A stretch of DNA of 32,000 bases from Desulfosarcina sp. BuS5 (GTDB lineage Bacteria > Desulfobacterota > Desulfobacteria > Desulfobacterales > BuS5): contig NZ_CP087952.1 of NCBI RefSeq assembly GCF_028752835.1, forward strand, positions 445,041-477,040. The letters are read 5' to 3'. Under the pieces are notes generated by a model. The model ran no database searches. It was not told the DNA's origin and saw only the letters and a list, made by a program, of their open reading frames with translations. The stretch's first letter is position 1. Each line of letters starts with the position of its first letter. This document shows positions 26,246-32,000 of this stretch, one piece after another. The position numbers were made by a program, and so were the translations under genes.

Positions 26246-27807
26246 CGCTGGATCTCCTTGAGTTTTTCAGCTATTTTTACCCGAACTTTCTTCAGCTCTT
26301 TTTCCAGTTCGTCTATCTCTAACTGAACGGCATCGATATCGATCTCTTCTTCTTCAAACGTATCAACATAACGGGGGATATTAAGGTTAAAGTCGTTTTC
26401 CTTGATTTCCTCGAATACGGCTACATGGGCATACTTCTCCACTTCTTCACGTGACTTGCAGGTCCCCATGATTTTAGTTAGATGTTCTTCCGAGAGGGTG
26501 TTATGGTTTTTACTGGACACATATTCCCGGCCGGCATCTACAAATAGAACATCCTTGCATGTTTCATTTGACCCGCCTTTTTCACGGCTTCGATCAAAGA
26601 CCAGAATAGCAACCGGTATATTGGTAGTCGGGAACAGATTCCCCGGAAGTCCGATAACTGCATCGAGAAGATTTTCCTCAATCATTTTTTGACGAATCCG
26701 GCCTTCAGCAGCTCCCCGGAAAAGAACCCCATGAGGAACGACAACGGCAACACGCCCCTGTTTTTCCAGAGCAGTCTCCACCATATGGCTGATAAATGCC
26801 CAGTCGCCTTTACTTTTTGGAGGAATTCCGCGCCAGAACCGGTTGTACTGATCGCTTTCAGCATTTTCCGCTCCCCATTTATCAAGCGAGAATGGTGGAT
26901 TGGCGACTATGCAGTTGAATTTCATCAAACGGTCATTTTCAATTAGAAGAGGACTGTTGAGAGTGTCGCACCATTCGACACGGGCGCTGTCAAAGCTGTG
27001 CAGAAACATGTTCATACGGCATAATGCCCATGTACTGCCGTTTGATTCCTGTCCGAAAAGGGCAAAATTCCGGTCACCAACCTCTCTGGCCGCCTGAATC
27101 AAAAGACCTCCTGATCCGCAGGCAGGGTCACAGATGCGGTCACCCGGCTTTGGCCCGGCAAGTTTAGCTACAAGTTCGGTTACTTTGAGCGGGGTAAAAA
27201 ACTCTCCGGCCTTTTTCCCGGAGTCGGAAGCAAAACGTTCAATCAGATAAATATAGGTGTTGCCAATAACATCCCCTGAAACCCGGCTTGGTCTCATGTC
27301 TAACTGCGGCTTGTGAAAATCTTCAAGAAGTTGTTTCAGTCGTCTGTTTCTGTCTTTGGTTTTTCCAAGATTTGCTTCGCTGTTGAAATCAATATTACGG
27401 AAAACGCCTTCAAGCTTGCTTTTGTTAGATTCTTCAATGTGGACGAGAACAATATTGATAAGTTCCCCGATATTGGCTGCGGCTCTACGTTCGTAAAAGC
27501 TGTAATAGGTGGCGGGGAACTCGTCCAGCACAGTTTTCTGTCCTGTCTTCTCATTTTTTTCAGTTAATTTGATTGCAGGGAGAATAAAACGTTCACGTTC
27601 CAGTTTTCGGCGAATTCTAACATCATCATCACCATACTGTTTTTGATAGGCTTCATAGTGATCCTGCCATACATCCGAAATGTATTTTAAGAACAACATC
27701 ACAAGGATGTAGTCCTTGTATTGAGCAGGATCTACCACTCCCCGGAAGGTATCGCATGCAGCCCATGCAGCGTTGTTGATGTCTTTTTGATCAATTTGGC
27801 TGCTCAT
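26242..27807 (-). CDS. hsdM: Type I restriction-modification system methyltransferase subunit M
   Basis: GDRICDPACGSGGLLIQAAREVG, CIVANPPFSLDKWG (NPPF), N-terminal LFLKYISDVWQ; 521 aa. Confidence 0.95.
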   Translation of the reverse strand: MSSQIDQKDINNAAWAACDTFRGVVDPAQYKDYILVMLFLKYISDVWQDHYEAYQKQYGDDDVRIRRKLERERFILPAIKLTEKNEKTGQKTVLDEFPATYYSFYERRAAANIGELINIVLVHIEESNKSKLEGVFRNIDFNSEANLGKTKDRNRRLKQLLEDFHKPQLDMRPSRVSGDVIGNTYIYLIERFASDSGKKAGEFFTPLKVTELVAKLAGPKPGDRICDPACGSGGLLIQAAREVGDRNFALFGQESNGSTWALCRMNMFLHSFDSARVEWCDTLNSPLLIENDRLMKFNCIVANPPFSLDKWGAENAESDQYNRFWRGIPPKSKGDWAFISHMVETALEKQGRVAVVVPHGVLFRGAAEGRIRQKMIEENLLDAVIGLPGNLFPTTNIPVAILVFDRSREKGGSNETCKDVLFVDAGREYVSSKNHNTLSEEHLTKIMGTCKSREEVEKYAHVAVFEEIKENDFNLNIPRYVDTFEEEEIDIDAVQLEIDELEKELKKVRVKIAEKLKEIQR

Positions 27808-27810
27808 GTT

Positions 27811-28389
27811 TTATTCCCCTTTTGCAAATTGCATTAGTACTGTTGAAATGTATTGATCCCGTTTTTCTGACAGCGTACTCAGAATAGTCCGTTCCCGTGC
27901 AGATAACTTTGCCATGTCCACGATGTGTTGTTGTTTTTTCAAGGTTGGCAAGTAGACCTCCATATCCTCGACAGCCTGCTTGCCGATCATTTTCTGCACC
28001 GTCACCTTGGCTCTGCTTAACAGAAATATTTGGGCATTCCTTTGGCTGATATACCAGTTCAGGTATTCCGGCAGGATTTTATCAGGCTTTGCAATTCTGA
28101 TCCTGAGCAGAGGCGCTGCAACAACAGCCCTGCCTGGATCTTCAAGAAGAATAGCAGCGGTTGACATCTGACCTCTCGACCTGAACACCAGATCACCTTT
28201 TTGAACCAGGTGATGTTCTTTAACTCTATCCATCTCAATCTTGACCAGCTTCTTGCAACCTACAGTATTATCCTGAAGTAAATCCTTCATTTGGATAACA
28301 GCGACCTCTCCACCCCTTGAAGCTTCGAGACGAGACCGAAATGAATACCCCATCTGCACTGTCGCTAATTGCTTTATTTTTAATTTCAT
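27811..28389 (-). CDS. hsdS: Type I restriction-modification specificity subunit S, half-size (one target-recognition domain)
   Basis: KIKQLATVQMGYSFRSRLEASRGGEVAVIQMKDL...LLRIRIAKPDKILPEYLNWYI... and C-terminal coiled-coil-like helix; only ~190 aa. Confidence 0.8.
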   Translation of the reverse strand: MKLKIKQLATVQMGYSFRSRLEASRGGEVAVIQMKDLLQDNTVGCKKLVKIEMDRVKEHHLVQKGDLVFRSRGQMSTAAILLEDPGRAVVAAPLLRIRIAKPDKILPEYLNWYISQRNAQIFLLSRAKVTVQKMIGKQAVEDMEVYLPTLKKQQHIVDMAKLSARERTILSTLSEKRDQYISTVLMQFAKGE

Positions 28390-28413
28390 AAACACATCTT
28401 AATATTATGCTGT

Positions 28414-28486
28414 AATGTTATTTCTGCACAATGTACGAATTGTAGAACTGTTTGTCAATAGTTAAAATGCAAAAATGTTATTTCTG
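28414..28486. promoter_or_regulatory. 13-bp direct repeat AATGTTATTTCTG upstream of hsdS-hsdM, possible operator
   Basis: Perfect copies at 28414-28426 and 28474-28486, exactly 60 bp apart, just upstream of the divergent-facing hsdS start (28389, - strand). Confidence 0.3.
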
Positions 28487-28947
28487 TAAGATATATCCTT
28501 TTCGAAACCTAAAGGCGTGCCATTAGGGCAAGTTGGGGATGTCCGTTGGATTGTTGGTTTGCAAAGAATCCAATGTATGAAAATAGGGCCAAGTCGAAAG
28601 CATCGGGATAAACCGATTATAAGTTTCTCATGCCTTCGTTGTTGTTTTTGTGCTGTTGGTAAAAAAAGCCCGTATAGACGCTACCGGCGTCCTGCATCAG
28701 ATAAAAGGATTTATGCCAAAGCTGGAAGAAATTTGTCCGGAAGTGACAAGGCGCATGTTGCAACAGGATTTAGCCAATTGAGTTGAATTTAGTGAAGGGA
28801 TCTGCCCGACAATCGAACTGCGAGCCGGCCAAATAGTATTGCGACATGGTACAAAAAAATTGGAAATATACGAAAAAGTGGTATGAATATGTCTGTAATT
28901 CGCGAAAAACTCGTTGACAAAAATAAATATCTCCATATAATTCTCTT

Positions 28948-30264
28948 ATGAAGCGAACAATCTATGCAAAGCTACTTGAATGGAAAGATGCTGCCGCACG
29001 CTCTCCCCTCATTCTGAAAGGAACGCGTCAGGTTGGGAAGAGCTATATTCTTCAAGCCTTCGGGGAAAACGAGTTTTCCGATTGCCATACCTTCAATTTT
29101 GAGAAGGATAAAAAGCTGTCAACGGCATTTGAAGCTGATTTGAACCCGGAAAGAATACTAACTGAGTTATCCATCTATTCCGGCAAAAGGATTGATATTG
29201 CCAAAGACCTTGTCATTTTTGATGAAATCCAGGAATGCCACGCAGCCCTGACATCCTTAAAATATTTTTGCGAAATGATGCCTCAACTTGCGCTTTGCTG
29301 CGCAGGTTCACTGATCGGTGTTAAGTTGTCTTCAGGATCTTTCCCTGTGGGTAAGGTCGATTTCCTGAAACTATACCCGTTGAATTTTGAAGAGTTTCTC
29401 ATGGCGTTGAATGATGAAGTCTCATTGGAGTTGTACCGGGATTCAGACAGGGTTGATTCTTTCTCTGAAATAGCCCATCAGAGACTGTGGAATCGGTTGC
29501 GGGAATATTATGTCACAGGCGGAATGCCGCAGGTTGTTTTAACCTATTTGACTTACAGGGATGATCTTTTTGAAGCCATGAAAAGGGCAAGGAATGTTCA
29601 GGAAAAGCTGGTTGAGAGCTATAATAACGACTTTGCGAAGCATTCGGGCAAGATCAATTCAATACATATTGTGTCTGTATTCGAAAATGTACCTGTGCAG
29701 CTTTCTGCAAATATTGACGGGTCAGTCAAAAAATACAGATTTAAAGGGGTAATCACCAGGAAAAAAGGTTATGCGGAACTGCAGGGTCCCATTGCCTGGC
29801 TGGAAAAGTCCGGGCTAATTCTAAAAGTTAAGGTATGTAAAAGGGCTGAGATACCCCTGGAATCATTTTGCAGAGAAAATATGTTCAAGCTGTTTTTGTT
29901 TGATATCGGTCTTCTCGGGTGTATGCTGGATCTACCGGTTGGTCTCATCCACTCACAAGATTACGGCATTGCAAAAGGGTATCTCGCAGAGAATTTCGTT
30001 GCCCAGGAATTTGCTGCTTCAGGTGTTTCAAGGCTGTACTCATGGACGGAGGGGACTTCTGAAATTGAGTTCATAAGGGTTATTGACGATCTCCTTGTAC
30101 CGGTAGAGGTTAAATCCGGGACCCGAACACATGCAAAAAGTCTGCGGCAGTATATCTTGAAGTATTCACCGAAAAGGGCCGTCAAGATATCCGGAAAACC
30201 GCTGAGCAGGATCAGGAACCAGGTTATTCAGAACTATCCGCTCTATCTCGCTGCAAAGATATGA
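28948..30264 (+). CDS. AAA ATPase with C-terminal DUF4143 (PD-(D/E)XK-like) domain
   Basis: Walker A PLILKGTRQVGKSY, Walker B LVIFDEIQE, and C-terminal GTSEIEFIRVIDDLLVPVEVKSG typical of the ATPase/DUF4143 family. Confidence 0.9.
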   Translation: MKRTIYAKLLEWKDAAARSPLILKGTRQVGKSYILQAFGENEFSDCHTFNFEKDKKLSTAFEADLNPERILTELSIYSGKRIDIAKDLVIFDEIQECHAALTSLKYFCEMMPQLALCCAGSLIGVKLSSGSFPVGKVDFLKLYPLNFEEFLMALNDEVSLELYRDSDRVDSFSEIAHQRLWNRLREYYVTGGMPQVVLTYLTYRDDLFEAMKRARNVQEKLVESYNNDFAKHSGKINSIHIVSVFENVPVQLSANIDGSVKKYRFKGVITRKKGYAELQGPIAWLEKSGLILKVKVCKRAEIPLESFCRENMFKLFLFDIGLLGCMLDLPVGLIHSQDYGIAKGYLAENFVAQEFAASGVSRLYSWTEGTSEIEFIRVIDDLLVPVEVKSGTRTHAKSLRQYILKYSPKRAVKISGKPLSRIRNQVIQNYPLYLAAKI

Positions 30265-30390
30265 TCGGCGTGGTCTCCAGTTTGCCAACCCTACACCAAT
30301 GGGCAGTTTCTGGAACCCTTAACCCTACTTAACCTTTGCCGCTAATAACATTATCAAGATAAAATTAACAGCCGCCCGGATATTTTTTGT

Positions 30391-30693
30391 TTATAATTTG
30401 TCTTCCACAGATTTTACTTTTTTTTCTATTCTGCAGAAAGAATCTTTTCTGTAATCTGCCTTCATTGTCATGTATATCCTGTCACAGTCTTTTTTTAGTT
30501 CTTCAAAACAGCTGTTAATAACGGTCATAATTTCTTCCAGCCCGCCTTCAATACTTGTGCTCATGGGACCGAGCTTATAATCAAGCCCGCTTTTTTTTAT
30601 AATGTTTACAGCTTTGGCCACATATGGGCTAACACTTTCCCCTTTATCCGTGGGAAATATAGAAAAATCGATGAGAACACTCATGCTTATCAC
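30391..30693 (-). CDS. MTH1187 (UPF0045)-family thiamine-binding-like protein
   Basis: MSVLIDFSIFPTDKGESVSPYVAKAVNIIKKSGLDYKLGPMSTSIEGGLEEIM matches the family core. Confidence 0.85.
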   Translation of the reverse strand: MISMSVLIDFSIFPTDKGESVSPYVAKAVNIIKKSGLDYKLGPMSTSIEGGLEEIMTVINSCFEELKKDCDRIYMTMKADYRKDSFCRIEKKVKSVEDKL

Positions 30694-30814
30694 CCTAAAA
30701 AATATTATTTTTTAAAAGTCATGTTGTATGGCCGATCCAAGGAGAATTTGGAATATAAATTCGAATAAAATGATATTGAGAGCTTTGCACAACCCCCATT
30801 TTTGTTCAATTTTG

Positions 30815-30925
30815 GTCTTTGCGAGGAGCAGGTGAGAGAGCCGCCTTTAGCCGCAAGCGAAACGTGACGGGAGCTGACAATCTTGGATTATCAACATGTT
30901 TTGAAGTTGCTTCGCCCGCAATGAC
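30815..30925. repeat. Degenerate dispersed palindromic repeat ('TTGCGAG(G)AGC...GCTTCG-CCCGCAATGAC' type)
   Basis: TTTGCGAGGAGC...GCTGACAATC followed by TTGCTTCGCCCGCAATGAC forms an imperfect inverted pair like the common intergenic TTGCGAGC...GCTCGCAATGAC elements. Confidence 0.4.
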
Positions 30926-31100
30926 AATGCCGGAATGGTTTTTTAACTTGTCTTCAGGAACTTCATAATTTTAAGTTCCATGGGAACCAAAATGCAAAAA
31001 GATTCTGATCTGCGGGTTAAATACAATCATATTTATTCACTATGCAAGATGTGACACCTTAACCGCTTGATCCAGTTACAAGAGAAGTTCATCATCCGTA

Positions 31101-31868
31101 TTATGATTTGCCGGATGAGGGAATAAGGAGATTTTTTAGATTCAGGCCTAAAATCATATCTTTTTTTTCAGGAGGTATGTTTAGCCTTTCTATTTTTGAG
31201 AGCTCATACAGGGGATCTCCAAACGGAAAATCAGAGCCGAACATAATCCGTTGGCAGCCATACCTGTTTATATAATCCTTGATCTCATACGTTGAGGCCA
31301 GAGCCGTATCGGTATAGACATTCGGTATGTCCCAGATTCCTTTATTCAACAAGCTGTTATATCCCCCGTTTAATATGCCCAGGTGCGGTATTATTATCCT
31401 GATACCGGAAGCTATTTCCTTGATAAATTTAATTGTGTTGCTTAACTCCTCTTCAAAAACCACCGGCATGTTTCTGCGCCTGATTTCATTGACGGCCTTT
31501 TCGCATAGCGGGTCGTCATAATGATAAACCGGTTCATCAGAATGCCTGTGCCACTTGATGCCTTTATGCTTATCCGTAAGCTGATCAACGGCAAAATCAT
31601 TCCATATGAAGAAATATGGAATTACCCTTAAATCTTTATTTCCGATCTCAAGTAAATGCTGATTAGATTTTTTTCTTCTTTGCTGCCAGTCAGAGTCATC
31701 CTGGAAATTATAATCATAACGATCATAAATTTCCATAACCGGGGAAAACATTGCGACTTGTTTTATTTTACTCCCCCGTACAAGGGATAGATAATCATCG
31801 AATGCTTGCGTAGTCGATATATCTTGTATTCCGCAATGAGCGTGTGCGTCTGTGATATATGGTAACAT
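31101..31868 (-). CDS. Amidohydrolase-family (TIM-barrel) metal-dependent hydrolase
   Basis: MLPYITDAHAHCG (HxH), IIPHLGILNGG, CQRIMFGSDFPFGDP motifs. Confidence 0.85.
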   Translation of the reverse strand: MLPYITDAHAHCGIQDISTTQAFDDYLSLVRGSKIKQVAMFSPVMEIYDRYDYNFQDDSDWQQRRKKSNQHLLEIGNKDLRVIPYFFIWNDFAVDQLTDKHKGIKWHRHSDEPVYHYDDPLCEKAVNEIRRRNMPVVFEEELSNTIKFIKEIASGIRIIIPHLGILNGGYNSLLNKGIWDIPNVYTDTALASTYEIKDYINRYGCQRIMFGSDFPFGDPLYELSKIERLNIPPEKKDMILGLNLKNLLIPSSGKS

Positions 31869-31946
31869 TTTTTTAATCGATTATCCTGTCCGTATCTGTA
31901 TAAGCAAATCCGGGCGCAAATTCAACCAGGTTATTTTTTACCGGGT

Positions 31947-32000
31947 ACTTATTCAACCTTGATCCTGGTCATTTCTTTTTTGTCTCCGGCAGATGCTTTT
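31947..32000 (-). CDS. Possible C-terminal end of the next - strand CDS (product unknown)
   Basis: Open frame from the window edge ending ...HKKEMTRIKVE* at 31947; too short to assign. Confidence 0.25.

Noticed and set aside
1-32000. CRISPR array, tRNA or rRNA genes
   Set aside because: No regularly spaced repeats of CRISPR size and no recognisable tRNA/rRNA sequence were seen; short tRNAs could still be missed by eye and should be checked with tRNAscan-SE/Infernal.

Overview
The window has low-to-moderate GC and the gene content and repeat style of a Desulfobacterales-like (deltaproteobacterial) genome; this taxonomic guess is inference. Three blocks are visible. (1) A fatty-acid/polyketide-like (type II) biosynthetic locus occupies both arms. 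Left arm, + strand: LPLAT-type acyltransferase (partial), ACP, ketosynthase, a ketosynthase-like protein that has lost its catalytic residues (chain-length-factor-like), a second ACP, an HxxxDG condensation/acyltransferase-like protein, a FAD oxidoreductase and an AMP-dependent ligase. Right arm: a radical SAM enzyme (+), then on the - strand FabG-like SDR, phytoene-desaturase-like FAD enzyme, second ketosynthase, third ACP and pyrF. The KS/KS-like/ACP/FabG/ligase/LPLAT set resembles aryl-polyene-type loci. The addition of a radical SAM enzyme and a CrtI-like enzyme resembles candidate ladderane loci. The product is unknown, and this is the best candidate for an undescribed system. (2) The locus is interrupted by an ~8 kb type III-like restriction-modification island: DExH Res-like protein, DUF4062 + HATPase/wHTH protein, and Mod-like methyltransferase. 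The island ends in a RelE-like ORF that looks like the 5' stump of a larger RelE-helicase gene. (3) The right third is an accessory zone. It holds a nested IS pair (a DDE IS of about 1553 bp with 19-bp IRs and 3-bp TSD, inserted inside another transposase gene that is also frameshifted), a Fic protein, a type I hsdS(half)-hsdM operon with no hsdR in the window, a DinD/ImmA-IrrE chimeric remnant, an AAA/DUF4143 ATPase, an MTH1187-type protein and an amidohydrolase. No CRISPR, rRNA or tRNA was recognised.
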